Made by a program: the position numbers and the translations under genes. A stretch of 64,000 nucleotides of DNA from Bacteroidota bacterium (GTDB lineage: Bacteria; Bacteroidota; Bacteroidia; Flavobacteriales_F; PHOS-HE28), in NCBI GenBank assembly GCA_029573495.1, contig JAKQEI010000094.1:46165-110164 (forward strand), written 5' to 3'. A model generated the notes under the pieces. The model was not told the origin of the DNA. It ran no database searches and saw only the letters and a program-made list of their open reading frames with translations. Shown here piece after piece: positions 22,095 through 31,793 of the stretch (position 1 is its first letter; the number at the start of each line of letters is the position of its first letter).

Positions 22095-22547
22095 ATGAGA
22101 ACCTACCTGATCAATGCGGCCGTGCTCGGCGCATTCCTGTCCTTCACCGCGTGCAGTGAGGCTCCGAACAACGCCGACCAAATGGAGAACAAGGTCGACA
22201 AGGCCATGGACGACGTGCGCGCCGGCAAGGAAGAGGTGAGCAATGAACTACGCGACCTGCGTGAGAAGCTGGTCGTTGAGCACGCGCGTGCCGAGGAACG
22301 CTTGAAGGACCCGGAGCTGACCACAGAGGAGCGGTCCGAGTGGGAAGCCTACAAGGCGGATGTGCAGACACAGCTGGACCGCGTGGACGGCAACTTGAAC
22401 GATGTGGGGTCGGCCACCACCGAGATGTGGGATGACGTGAAGACCGGCACGCGCCGCACCGTCGATGACATCGGTGATTGGTTCGACCGCCAGGCCGAGA
22501 AGGTCGACCGGAAGACCGACGCGGACAAGGATATGGACGGCCATTGA
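22095..22547 (+). CDS. lipoprotein of unknown function, charged coiled-coil
   Basis: Internal ATG 22095 gives MRTYLINAAVLGAFLSFTAC (lipobox-like), then a highly charged helical sequence. A GU-containing hairpin follows the gene at about 22594-22619. Confidence 0.6.
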   Translation: MRTYLINAAVLGAFLSFTACSEAPNNADQMENKVDKAMDDVRAGKEEVSNELRDLREKLVVEHARAEERLKDPELTTEERSEWEAYKADVQTQLDRVDGNLNDVGSATTEMWDDVKTGTRRTVDDIGDWFDRQAEKVDRKTDADKDMDGH

Positions 22548-22763
22548 GGAAGTGGTGGTGTCCTGCTCAACGAGCGGGACAATTGGTGGCGGGCCGTGCG
22601 CGTGAGCGTGCGGCCCGTTCCGTTCTGACAACTGACGCTCTGCTGCAGCCTGGTACTTGCGCGTGTCCGGGACACGCCGATATCACCGGCTTCTCGGTAT
22701 GTGGTTCCTCGATCCGGGGTGCTTTCACCCCGATCATTGATGGACAGCGTGCTGGGATCGCTT

Positions 22764-22779
22764 CGGCACCATTTCCGCT
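22764..22779 (+). promoter_or_regulatory. candidate sigma-54 (-24/-12) promoter
   Basis: cGGCACcatttcCGCt has GG (22765-66) and GC (22777-78) 12 nt apart. It lies 25 nt upstream of ATG 22804. The -12 box is weak (CCGC instead of TTGC). Confidence 0.2.
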
Positions 22780-22803
22780 CTGGACCTTCCAAACACCTGA
22801 ACC

Positions 22804-23679
22804 ATGCAGACCCAACGTCCATCACTTCGTATTGCCGGTGCAGCCGTCCTGGCCACCTTCGCAATGGTCGCCTGTGAGCGTGGTCCGAGCGAGAGTGAGA
22901 AAGCCGCACTCGCCGAGAACGCCCGACTGAAGACCGAGGTACAAAGCCGTGATTCCCTCATCGAGGACATGACGCGCTCCTTCGGGGATATCGAACAGAA
23001 CCTGGCCATCATCGAGGACAAGGAGAAGTTGCTCCCACCCGGCGAGGAGAGCCTAACCGTGGATCAACGCGAGCGGATCATGCGCGACATCCAATTGATG
23101 AATTCGCTGATGCAGGAGAGTCGTGATCAAGTGGCCGAGCTGACGAAGAAGCTCGACCGATCGCGCGTCGATTCCGGATCCCTGCGGAAGAAGTTGAAGG
23201 CACTGGACGCGGAGCTCGCCAGCCGCGATTCCGCCATCCTGGTGATGAAGGAGGAGCTGCTCGCGAAGGACTTCAAGATCGAGGAGGTGAACCAGAAGCT
23301 GAACACCTTCGAGCTGGAGATGGCTCGTCGCGAGGCCACGATCGAGCAGCTGGGGAATGAGATGCATACCGCATACTACGCCGTGGGTTCTGTGAAGGAG
23401 CTGGAAGAGAACGGCGTGGTGAAGCGTGATGGCGGTCTGCTTGGGATCGGCCGATCGAGCGCTTTGAACGAAGCCGTTTCAAGCAACAAGCTGAGCACGA
23501 TCGATACGCGCAACACGGAGCGCATACCCCTCTCCGGGAAGAAAGTGGAACTGGTAACGGAACATCCGTCTGGCTCTTACGAGATCGTCAAGGAGAAGGA
23601 CGAGCTGGCCTACCTGAGGATCAAGGACCCCGATGCGTTCTGGAGATTGAGCCATTACCTGGTGGCCGAAGTACGCTAG
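22804..23679 (+). CDS. coiled-coil lipoprotein conserved in Bacteroidota (possibly Cbp1-like adhesin family)
   Basis: MQTQRPSLRIAGAAVLATFAMVAC lipoprotein signal, long heptad-like region, and C-terminal YYAVGSVKELEENGVVKRDGGLLGIG...HPSGSYEIV...DPDAFWRLSHYLV. The family name is recalled from memory, not verified. Confidence 0.65.
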   Translation: MQTQRPSLRIAGAAVLATFAMVACERGPSESEKAALAENARLKTEVQSRDSLIEDMTRSFGDIEQNLAIIEDKEKLLPPGEESLTVDQRERIMRDIQLMNSLMQESRDQVAELTKKLDRSRVDSGSLRKKLKALDAELASRDSAILVMKEELLAKDFKIEEVNQKLNTFELEMARREATIEQLGNEMHTAYYAVGSVKELEENGVVKRDGGLLGIGRSSALNEAVSSNKLSTIDTRNTERIPLSGKKVELVTEHPSGSYEIVKEKDELAYLRIKDPDAFWRLSHYLVAEVR

Positions 23680-23696
23680 TACGTTCGACGCCCGAT

Positions 23697-23728
23697 GAAG
23701 AAGCCGTTCCGGGAGGGACGGCTTCTTC
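23697..23728 (+). terminator. hairpin terminator after the 22804-23679 gene
   Basis: 11-bp perfect stem GAAGAAGCCGT / ACGGCTTCTTC, 18 nt after the stop codon. There is no strong U tract. Confidence 0.5.
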
Positions 23729-23781
23729 CGTTCCGTCCCGATGCTCCGATCGGCACGGTGCTGGCCGTGACCCAACCATAC

Positions 23782-24318
23782 ATGAAGAACATCGAACGCC
23801 CTTGGGAAGTGCAACGTGAGCACCGCGCGCGGCAACAGACCGTGATCAACGAGATCCACTTCACGCACGACCGCATGTCCAGGTTGATGCGTGCGATGAC
23901 GGCACGTGAGACGAAGGGACCGATCGGCGATCTCATCACGGCACAACATGCGCATCATCTGATGGCCCTCCGCGGCATCATATCGCTCGCCCTTGATCTG
24001 GGTGCACCCCCCGGCCCTTGTGTCTGTGCCGAAGGTGCTGCTCTGGTGGAGGCCGTGTACACAGCGGACCGTGCGCCACGAGCGGATGTGAACCGGGCTT
24101 TGCGGATCATGGAACGCCTGCTGGAGGTGCATCGTTACGTCATCGGTCTCTGGAGTCGACTCGCGGATGAATTGAAGCTTCTTGCAGACGATGTTGAGTT
24201 GTACCGGACCGCCATCAAGTGCCAGACCCGGGAAGCGGACCTGCATCGATCACTCGTCCGGGCGATCGCAGGGATCCGAGGTGGGTCCCATGAGAGCGGA
24301 GCGATGCGATCGGCATGA
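23782..24318 (+). CDS. hypothetical helical protein, no signal peptide
   Basis: The track ORF starts at 23695 but would read through the terminator hairpin. The ATG at 23782 (MKNIERPWEV) is more likely. Third-position G+C is very high in this frame (19 of 20 codons at 23821-23880). Confidence 0.55.
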   Translation: MKNIERPWEVQREHRARQQTVINEIHFTHDRMSRLMRAMTARETKGPIGDLITAQHAHHLMALRGIISLALDLGAPPGPCVCAEGAALVEAVYTADRAPRADVNRALRIMERLLEVHRYVIGLWSRLADELKLLADDVELYRTAIKCQTREADLHRSLVRAIAGIRGGSHESGAMRSA

Positions 24319-24467
24319 TGGGGAGTTTGAGGATCGCATTGTGGAATGGTCTCCACGGCGGATCAAACGGCAGGGACCGTTCAAGTGATGGATGGCAGCG
24401 GCGATCCAGCGTTCCGCCATTGTTGGCACACGGATCGAACAGGAAGTCATGAACTGAACACGAAGCC

Positions 24468-25082
24468 ATGAACCCACGCATCAACCTCCTGCTACTGATC
24501 CTACCGATCTCGTTCACCGCTGCGGCACAGGAGTTCCGTCTGGGCGGCGGCTACACCGGAAGCAATGTGAGCGAAGCGGGCGAAGAACGATGGGTGGGTC
24601 GGGCGGGATACCATATGGGCGCCGACCTTCAGTTGGGGTCGACCTGGTTCCTCCGCCCTGGCGTCCATCTCCTCGTGCGCAACCTGAACTACACCCTTGC
24701 TGGAGTGGATCAGAACGGGGAGGGGATCGGTAACGATGTGGAATTCCGGTATACGGACCGGTCGCTTCGGATACCGTTGATGGCGGGTCTCAATTTGATC
24801 GACTCTACATCAGATCCTGCGATCAACATCTATGTCGTCGGAGGTCCCACGGCCCTGCTCAACCTCAACGCCGACCTGCGGAACGATCGCCTGGAGGTGG
24901 AGACCTCGCCTGCGGAATGGTACCTGGGTGCTGGTGCCGGGCTCACGCTTGGTTTCCTCTTCGTGGAGGGTGGGTATCATGTGGCCATGAGCAACGTGTT
25001 CGAAGGTGCCCGTTTCGAGACCAACCCGCGTGTCAACCTCATCAACCTCTCAGCAGGTATCCGCCTGCAGCTGGCCAACTAA
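24468..25082 (+). CDS. small outer-membrane beta-barrel protein (porin-family / OmpW-PorT-like fold)
   Basis: 204 aa. Signal peptide MNPRINLLLLILPISFTAAAQ, alternating beta-strand pattern, and a C-terminal barrel-closing-like strand (AGIRLQLAN). Confidence 0.7.
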   Translation: MNPRINLLLLILPISFTAAAQEFRLGGGYTGSNVSEAGEERWVGRAGYHMGADLQLGSTWFLRPGVHLLVRNLNYTLAGVDQNGEGIGNDVEFRYTDRSLRIPLMAGLNLIDSTSDPAINIYVVGGPTALLNLNADLRNDRLEVETSPAEWYLGAGAGLTLGFLFVEGGYHVAMSNVFEGARFETNPRVNLINLSAGIRLQLAN

Positions 25083-25088
25083 TAACCC

Positions 25089-25436
25089 ATGACCATGTTC
25101 ACCACCCGTTCGATCCCCGTTCTGTTCTCTCTCTTCCTCACCACCAGTCCGCTCTATGCCGCCCCAGTGGGTCATCGCCACGTCATCATCAACGAGGCAA
25201 GACCGCATGCGCTCAGCGAGGATGACCAACGATCCGTGCTGGAATTGCGTGACAAGCTTGATGCGGTCCTCGCCACCGATCGGAGCACCTTGGACCGCTC
25301 CGAGCGACAAGCGCTCCGTCAGGAGTATCGCGCCTTGAAGCAGGAGATGGACCGCTATAATACTGGCGGTACGGTGATCTATCTCAGTACCGCCGGGGTC
25401 ATCATCATTCTGCTGCTCCTGATCATTCTGTTGTAG
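25089..25436 (+). CDS. small exported coiled-coil protein with C-terminal TM anchor
   Basis: 115 aa with signal peptide, charged helix (SERQALRQEYRALKQEMDRY) and a hydrophobic tail GVIIILLLLIILL. Starts 6 nt after the preceding gene. Confidence 0.6.
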   Translation: MTMFTTRSIPVLFSLFLTTSPLYAAPVGHRHVIINEARPHALSEDDQRSVLELRDKLDAVLATDRSTLDRSERQALRQEYRALKQEMDRYNTGGTVIYLSTAGVIIILLLLIILL

Positions 25437-25748
25437 AACTGCTTGGCGAGTGATGGGGGGCGGGCATATCCATGGCCGACCCCCGTTCATTGTTCATTCC
25501 CTCGATCGCCGACCAAAAGGGCGTGCGACCCCATGGCCGTTGTGGACAGGCACGCGTGGTCGGTGTCCGATCGTATCCACAGGATCGGGGAATGTCCTCC
25601 ACACGTGAACGGGACCCATCCTCATTTTCTCCTGTTCCTCAGCTGGTGATCAACGCGGCACGGTGATCGATGCGGTGGGTTCGTTCAAGTGTGGAGGACC
25701 GCGTGCCTGCCACATCACAGGTAACTTGGGCCGTCCTACTGAACGGTC

Positions 25749-26123
25749 ATGGAAGAAGAGAAGGTCATGAAGTACGCGTTGCTGGTGGATGACGAACACG
25801 AGATCTGTGAACTACTGAGCGCCATGTTGCGACGCACCGGTACCCGCTGCACGTTCGCCCACAGCCTCGCCGAAGGTCGGGCTGCGCTGGCGGAAGGAGA
25901 GTTCGATGCGGTGTTCGTGGACGTGAACCTTCCGGATGGTCTGGGGTATGAGCTGATCCCCGAAGTGAAGGCTGCCAGGCCCGATGCGCGGTGCATCGCG
26001 ATCAGTGCCATGGATTCCGAGCGGGGACGCGCTGTGGCCGCTGGCGCGGATGTCTTCATTCCCAAGCCGTTCAACCGCGAAGCCATCTTCTCCAGTATCC
26101 GCGATCTGGGTTTTCAAGCCTGA
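25749..26123 (+). CDS. stand-alone response-regulator receiver protein
   Basis: 124 aa. LLVDDE...FVDVNLPDG (phospho-acceptor Asp context)...KPF. No output domain. Confidence 0.85.
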   Translation: MEEEKVMKYALLVDDEHEICELLSAMLRRTGTRCTFAHSLAEGRAALAEGEFDAVFVDVNLPDGLGYELIPEVKAARPDARCIAISAMDSERGRAVAAGADVFIPKPFNREAIFSSIRDLGFQA

Positions 26124-26153
26124 CCACCTCACCACCACCAATTCCATCGCTGC

Positions 26154-27560
26154 ATGGCCACCGCCAACCTACTCGTGATCGATGACGACCAGGACCTTTG
26201 CCTCCTCCTTTCGCGCCTGCTGACCAAAAGCGGCTATGAAGTGGCCACGGCCAACCGCGGGGCTGTGGCGCGTGACCTGATGAGCCGGAAGCGGTTCGAT
26301 CTGGTCCTTTGCGATCATCGCCTTCCCGATACCGACGCACCCGCCATGCTGGAGCACATCCGCTCCACCTCGCCGGGCACACAGGTGATCATCATCACCG
26401 GTTATTCGGAGGTGCGGCTCGCGGTCGAGTTGATGCGGAAGGGCGCCTTCGACTACATCGGCAAACCCCTGTTCCCGGATGAACTGCTGATGCGGGTGCA
26501 GGATGCCCTGGCCGTGGATACGGCCCCGGAACCACGCGCCAATGGAAAGGAACGGGGCAAGGGCACCAGGTCCTCCGGCCCGGCCTATGTGGACGGTACC
26601 GGCTCGGCCGCACAGCTGATCGTGAAACACATCGGCCTTGTGGCTCCCACGGACATGTCCGTGCTGATCACCGGCGAGACCGGCACCGGAAAGGAGTTCG
26701 CGGCGAAACGCATCCATGCGGAAAGCACCCGGTCCGGAGCGCCCTTCGTGTCAGTGGACTGTGGTGCCCTCCCCAAGGAACTGGCCGGCAGCGAGCTCTT
26801 CGGGCATACCAAGGGCTCCTTCACGGGTGCTGTTAGCGACCGCGCCGGCAGCTTTGAACAAGCCGACGGTGGCACCCTCTTCCTGGATGAGGTGGGCAAC
26901 CTTTCCTATGAGAACCAGATCAAGTTGCTGCGCGTGCTGCAGGAAAGGAAGTTCAAACGCATCGGCGGCACCAAGGACATCGAGGTGGATGTGCGCATCC
27001 TGGCCGCCACCAATGAGGATCTGCGCAAGGCGGTGGCCGAAGGCCGTTTCCGCGAGGACCTGCTCCATCGGATCCAGGAGTTCACCATCCATCTGCCGCC
27101 CCTGCGTGAGCGCCGTGAGGACATCCCGCGTTTCGCCGAACACTTCATCGGCCTGGCCAATGAACGGCTTGGCCGCCAGGTGGAGGGTTTCGATGATGCA
27201 GCCCTGAAGCACATCCTGGACCACGGATGGAGCGGCAACCTGCGCGAGCTGGGCAATGTGATCAAACGCGCTGTGCTGCTGAGCACGGGTCCGCGGATCA
27301 CCCCCGACTGCCTCCCGGCCGTGGTGCTGAGCGGGGCAGCCGCGCCACGTACCTCGAACACCGTGGAGGCCGGTGCGCGTTCCCCCCAGGATGCCCAGGG
27401 GGCGGATGGGCTGAAAGGTGTGGCCCACCAAGCGGAACGGGAGGCGATCCTGCAAGCTTTGGAGCGTAATGGATACAACAAGTCCCGTACGGCGGAACAA
27501 TTGAACATCGATCGGAAGACGCTGTACAACAAGCTGAAGTCCTTCGGTCTGGAGGTCTGA
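26154..27560 (+). CDS. sigma-54-dependent response regulator (NtrC family: receiver + AAA+ + Fis-type HTH)
   Basis: Walker A GETGTGKE, Walker B LFLDEV, sigma-54 contact loop GSFTGA, and C-terminal HTH (NKSRTAEQLNIDRKTLYNKLK). Confidence 0.92.
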   Translation: MATANLLVIDDDQDLCLLLSRLLTKSGYEVATANRGAVARDLMSRKRFDLVLCDHRLPDTDAPAMLEHIRSTSPGTQVIIITGYSEVRLAVELMRKGAFDYIGKPLFPDELLMRVQDALAVDTAPEPRANGKERGKGTRSSGPAYVDGTGSAAQLIVKHIGLVAPTDMSVLITGETGTGKEFAAKRIHAESTRSGAPFVSVDCGALPKELAGSELFGHTKGSFTGAVSDRAGSFEQADGGTLFLDEVGNLSYENQIKLLRVLQERKFKRIGGTKDIEVDVRILAATNEDLRKAVAEGRFREDLLHRIQEFTIHLPPLRERREDIPRFAEHFIGLANERLGRQVEGFDDAALKHILDHGWSGNLRELGNVIKRAVLLSTGPRITPDCLPAVVLSGAAAPRTSNTVEAGARSPQDAQGADGLKGVAHQAEREAILQALERNGYNKSRTAEQLNIDRKTLYNKLKSFGLEV

Positions 27561-27593
27561 CACCCGAACGACCAGCTCCATCAGCCCGGAACC

Positions 27594-29369
27594 ATGGAGG
27601 AATTGCGCAAGGATCGCGAGGAGCGCAGGCTTACGACCATGCTCTACATCGCCGCCATGGCGGTGCTACTGGCCTTGCTCTACGCCACCTACCGTAATAT
27701 CCGCAACTATTCCAACACCGTGGCCGAGGTGCGCTCGCACAACACAGCGCTCCTCGAGCTGGAAGGATGGCTATCCGGCCTGCGTGATGCCGAAACCGGC
27801 GTCCGTGGGTTCCAGCTGACCAATGATACCTCCTTCCTCGAACCATACCGCCTGGCGAATCGCAGGATACGCGACCATTCGGCGCGACTGGGCCTGCATC
27901 AGTTGAACAAGGCCGACTCGGTCGGTCTGGATGAACTGCGCAGACTGTCGGGTGAACTGGGGGAGCTCTGGCGGAGCATGGTGTTCACCAATGCGACCGT
28001 CGTTGTCCGCAGTCCGTCCATGGTCTACGACCTGCGCGTGGCCAAGTCCTACATGGACTCGATCAGGACAGTGCATGATGGCCTTGTGAACGATCGTACG
28101 CGACGTAGGGACGTTCTGCTGGACCGGGAGCGGGAGGAGGGTGTGGATGCACCGTTCATGCTCGTGATCTATTCCCTGCTGGCACTTTTCGCGACGGCCC
28201 TGATGTTCTGGCGGCTTACACGGACCCTTCGCTTCAACGAGGAAGTGCGCGTGGCTTTGCGAAGCAAGGTCAGGGCCTTGGATCACGAGGTGACCCAGCG
28301 AGCCAGATTGCAGAACCTGCTGCAGCAGGTACTGGATGTCTCGCCCAGTGGCATCATGGCCTTCCGTTCCATCCGGAATAGCGAGGGCGGGATCGTCGAC
28401 TTCGAGTGGCTGAGCTCCAACCGCACGGCGAATGCCATCATCGGACGCACCGATCTGGTCGGGAAAAGGCTGCTGGAGGAAATGCCGGAGAATCGCTCAC
28501 ACGGGCTCTTCGATGAGTACGTGCGCACCGTGGAGGAGGGCACCCCATCGGTGAAGGAGTTCCGATACAAGGGATCCGGGCTCAACAATTGGTTCCGCAA
28601 CCATGCTGTCAAGTTGGACGATGGCTTCATGGTCATGTTCAACGATATCACCGATCAGAAGCGCGCGGAGCTGATCAATCAGGAGACGGATCGCCTCGAC
28701 CTGACGGCGCAACTCACGCGCACCGTGGCGCATGAGGTCCGGAACCCGTTGACCAACATCCACCTGGCCCTGGAGCAGATCCAGGACGAGATGGAGGGGA
28801 AGGAAGAGGAGGTGAAGCCCTACTTCGCGATCGTTGACCGGAACCTGAAGCGCATTGGTACGCTGATCAAGGAAATGCTTGAATCCTCGCGGAAGCGTGA
28901 GCTCAACCTGGCCCCCTGTCGGTTGGAGGATATCGTGGGCGCCGTGGTCAGGACCGTGGGAGATCGGCTTGCCCTGCGGGAAATGGGCCACACCGTCGAG
29001 ATCGCCGACGACCTGCCTGAGGTCATGGCCGACTGCGAGCTGATCAACCTGGCGCTCACCAACATCGCGGTAAATGCCGTGGAGGCGATGGAACCCGGAA
29101 AAGGCCTGCTCCGCTTCCGGGTCACGAGGGATAGTGATGCCGTCATCCTTGCCATGTCGGACAACGGCAAGGGCATCTCCCCGGAGAACCTGCAACGCCT
29201 GTTCGAGCCCTTCTACAGCGGCCGTCCCGGTGGCCTCGGGCTTGGCCTGACCACCGCTCGAAGCATCCTGCATAGTCACGGCATCCACCTCGATGTGAGC
29301 AGTACCGTTGGAGAAGGCACCACCTTCGCCCTTCGCTTCCCCGAAAGGACCTTCGTTCAGGAGCCATAG
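27594..29369 (+). CDS. sensor histidine kinase (CHASE3-like sensor, PAS, HisKA, HATPase_c)
   Basis: N-terminal TM, then VRSHNTALLELEGWLSGLRDAETGVRGFQLTNDTSFLEPY (CHASE3-like). H-box LTRTVAHEVRNPLTNI. G-boxes DNGKGI and GGLGLGL. Confidence 0.9.
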   Translation: MEELRKDREERRLTTMLYIAAMAVLLALLYATYRNIRNYSNTVAEVRSHNTALLELEGWLSGLRDAETGVRGFQLTNDTSFLEPYRLANRRIRDHSARLGLHQLNKADSVGLDELRRLSGELGELWRSMVFTNATVVVRSPSMVYDLRVAKSYMDSIRTVHDGLVNDRTRRRDVLLDREREEGVDAPFMLVIYSLLALFATALMFWRLTRTLRFNEEVRVALRSKVRALDHEVTQRARLQNLLQQVLDVSPSGIMAFRSIRNSEGGIVDFEWLSSNRTANAIIGRTDLVGKRLLEEMPENRSHGLFDEYVRTVEEGTPSVKEFRYKGSGLNNWFRNHAVKLDDGFMVMFNDITDQKRAELINQETDRLDLTAQLTRTVAHEVRNPLTNIHLALEQIQDEMEGKEEEVKPYFAIVDRNLKRIGTLIKEMLESSRKRELNLAPCRLEDIVGAVVRTVGDRLALREMGHTVEIADDLPEVMADCELINLALTNIAVNAVEAMEPGKGLLRFRVTRDSDAVILAMSDNGKGISPENLQRLFEPFYSGRPGGLGLGLTTARSILHSHGIHLDVSSTVGEGTTFALRFPERTFVQEP

Positions 29370-29439
29370 TTCGAGCCAGGCCGGCTGTAACTTCCCGGCG
29401 ACCTCTCCGTCCTATCGGTACAACGGGCTCCCTCTCCCG

Positions 29440-29925
29440 ATGACGCTGGCCGAATACAATAGCGCTGTGGATCAACACGCCGATGGCATCTATCGGTTCG
29501 CCCTCAAGCACTTGCGCGATGAGGATCGGGCCAAGGACGTGGTGCAGGAGAGCTTCGCGCGCCTCTGGACGCGCCTGGAGCAAGTGGAGGGGGCCAAGGC
29601 GAAGAGCTACCTCTTCACCACCGCGCATCACGTGATGGTGGATGAGGTACGGAAGGAGAAACGGAGTACACGGATGGAGGAACACCACGCGGATATCAGG
29701 CACACCAGCCAGCACCAGCCCGACCTGAAGGAGGTGCTGGACAACGCGCTCGCCACCCTGCCCGCCATCCAACGCAGTGTGGTGCTCCTGCGCGACCTGG
29801 AAGGATACACCTACGAGGAGATCGCAGAGCTCACCGGTCTGAACCTGCCTCAGGTGAAGGTGTACATCTATCGCGGACGCACGGCATTGAAGGAATACAT
29901 CGGTCAACTGGACCTTGTTCTGTGA
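29440..29925 (+). CDS. RNA polymerase ECF-type sigma-70 factor
   Basis: Track ORF 29308-29925. The ATG at 29440 (MTLAEYNSAVDQHADGIYRF) gives a 161-aa ECF sigma with region 2 (DVVQESFARLW) and region 4 (SVVLLRDLEGYTYEEIAELTGLNLPQVKVYIYRGR). Confidence 0.88.
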   Translation: MTLAEYNSAVDQHADGIYRFALKHLRDEDRAKDVVQESFARLWTRLEQVEGAKAKSYLFTTAHHVMVDEVRKEKRSTRMEEHHADIRHTSQHQPDLKEVLDNALATLPAIQRSVVLLRDLEGYTYEEIAELTGLNLPQVKVYIYRGRTALKEYIGQLDLVL

Positions 29926-31274
29926 ACGATCGGATCGACCATAGCAACTACGAAGCCTGGCTGCTGGATAAGCTGGAAGGGCAGCTCACGCCTGAACAGG
30001 AGCGCGAGCTGGAGGCCTTCCTGCTGGCGTATCCCGAGCTCGCTCCGGTCGATCCTGAACTTCCGGTGGTGGATCCCATGAGCGGCACCTTGTCCACGTT
30101 GGATAAGGCCTTGTTGAAACGCTCCATTCCGCCAGTGGGGATGGTCGATGACAAGCATGTGGACGACCACCTCATTGCGCGCTTGGAGGGCGATCTGGAC
30201 GCGGCACGATCGGAGGCTCTGCGCACCTACCTCCTGGCGCACCCGGAGTGGCAGCACGCCGACCGGATCTATGCGCTCACCAAGTTGGTTCCCGAGGCCT
30301 TGGCCTACGTCGACAGGCCGGGGCTCGTTCGTCACCTTCCGCCTCAAGGGCTCGTGAACGGATACACCATCGATGACCAGCTCATCGCCGGTCTTGAAGG
30401 CGACCTTACCGCAGAACAGGCCGCCGCGCTGACGCGCTTCCTGGAGGCGCATCCGTCCTTCCGGCGGAATGAAGCGCTGATCAAAGCGACGCGCATCGCA
30501 CCGGAAGCGGTGGTGTATGCGGACAAGGCTTCGCTGAAGAAGAAGGAAGGCCGTGTGATCGCGTTCCGCATGCAACGTCCGGCGGCGAGCTGGGCGGCTG
30601 CGGCGACCGTGGCGTTGCTCATCGTCCTTGGTCTGGTCTTGAGCGACAAGTCCTCCGATGCGCCGGATCGTTTCGCACGGGTGCCGGACAACAGGCCGGA
30701 GCAGCGTTCGGTGGTGGCGCCAGAAGCTTCATTGGAAACCGGTACAGCGGAAGAGGCGATCGTGGATCGGGATACGGTGCCTGCCGAGGCGAACGCGCCG
30801 GACCAGGAGTTGCGCAAGGAGGTTCCGGCTCCCAGCCTGGGACCCGAAGCAGTGCGACAGGAGCAGGTGGTTCCGGTCGTTCCGATCGAGGATCCGATGA
30901 TCGCGGGAACACCGGGACCGATCAATGCAGTGCAACCGCAACACCCACCGCAGGAGCGGGTGGAAGCACCTGGAGAGAAGCCCCTGTTCGCCGAGGTCGA
31001 TGAGCAGCCGACCCGTGTGAACGCGACGCACCGTGCTGAGGAACGCACCGTGGGTGAACTGCTCGCAAGCACCCTGCGCGAGCGGGTCCTGGACGCACCA
31101 GCGCGCACCGAAGCACCATTGGACGGTTCGGATGCCGTGGCCGCGGTGGACCGCACGTTAAAAGCGGTGAGCGGTGATCGTGCCGGGCTGGAGCTACAAC
31201 GTCGCAAGAGCGGTGGCGTGCGCGGCTTCGATCTGCGCCTGGGCCGCAACTTCACCATCAGCGCGAGCCGCTGA
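29922..31274 (+). CDS. anti-sigma-like membrane protein with three tandem N-terminal repeats
   Basis: GTGA overlap with the sigma gene. Repeats LLDKLEGQLTPEQERELEAFLLAYPE / LIARLEGDLDAARSEALRTYLLAHPE / LIAGLEGDLTAEQAAALTRFLEAHPS. One TM (WAAAATVALLIVLGLVL), then a Pro/Glu-rich tail. Confidence 0.75.
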   Translation: MNDRIDHSNYEAWLLDKLEGQLTPEQERELEAFLLAYPELAPVDPELPVVDPMSGTLSTLDKALLKRSIPPVGMVDDKHVDDHLIARLEGDLDAARSEALRTYLLAHPEWQHADRIYALTKLVPEALAYVDRPGLVRHLPPQGLVNGYTIDDQLIAGLEGDLTAEQAAALTRFLEAHPSFRRNEALIKATRIAPEAVVYADKASLKKKEGRVIAFRMQRPAASWAAAATVALLIVLGLVLSDKSSDAPDRFARVPDNRPEQRSVVAPEASLETGTAEEAIVDRDTVPAEANAPDQELRKEVPAPSLGPEAVRQEQVVPVVPIEDPMIAGTPGPINAVQPQHPPQERVEAPGEKPLFAEVDEQPTRVNATHRAEERTVGELLASTLRERVLDAPARTEAPLDGSDAVAAVDRTLKAVSGDRAGLELQRRKSGGVRGFDLRLGRNFTISASR

Positions 31275-31398
31275 TCGCAGGCCACCGTTTCCGTTCGTCA
31301 CTTCCAGCAAGCCGCTCATCACGATCGGCGGATCCGATCGTAACAAGGCGTGGGGTCAAGGCGTCTTATGGACAAACAGCCACGAACACCACAACGCC

Positions 31399-31770
31399 AT
31401 GAGAACCTTGATCTCCCGCTCGCTCTTCCTGCTCGCCACCGTATTCACCCTCGGGTATGCCCGCGCTGCCGAACCGGTCCGCATGAAGCCGCTCACGAAG
31501 AAGTCGACCCTGGAGCGCAACCTGGACCGCGCCTTGAGCAATACCCTTGCCTATCCGCTCCTGGCCAAGAACGACATGACCGGCGAAGTGTATGTGAGCT
31601 TCGTCATCAACAAGGAAGGCCGGATCGAAGTGATCGATGCCAGCTCGCTGAACGAGGAACTGAAGGCCTACGTGCTCGGCAAGCTTGCCCGGATCGACAT
31701 CGGCGACAACCCGGACGGCAGCTGGAAGACCACCCACATGGTGTTCAACTTCCGGCCTGAGCGGATCTGA
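31399..31770 (+). CDS. small exported protein, TonB-C-terminal-domain-like
   Basis: Internal ATG 31399 gives the signal peptide MRTLISRSLFLLATVFTLGYARA. GEVYVSFVINKEGRIEVI resembles the TonB_C core strands. The fold assignment is inference. Confidence 0.55.
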   Translation: MRTLISRSLFLLATVFTLGYARAAEPVRMKPLTKKSTLERNLDRALSNTLAYPLLAKNDMTGEVYVSFVINKEGRIEVIDASSLNEELKAYVLGKLARIDIGDNPDGSWKTTHMVFNFRPERI

Positions 31771-31793
31771 CACCACCATCACCTGCGCAATGG

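Noticed and set aside
25657-25673. The GGCACGGTGAT 11-mer upstream of the receiver gene, identical to the -24 half of the 18916 candidate.
   Set aside because: The -12 position reads GA rather than GC. Shared 11-mers are also expected by chance many times in 64 kb.
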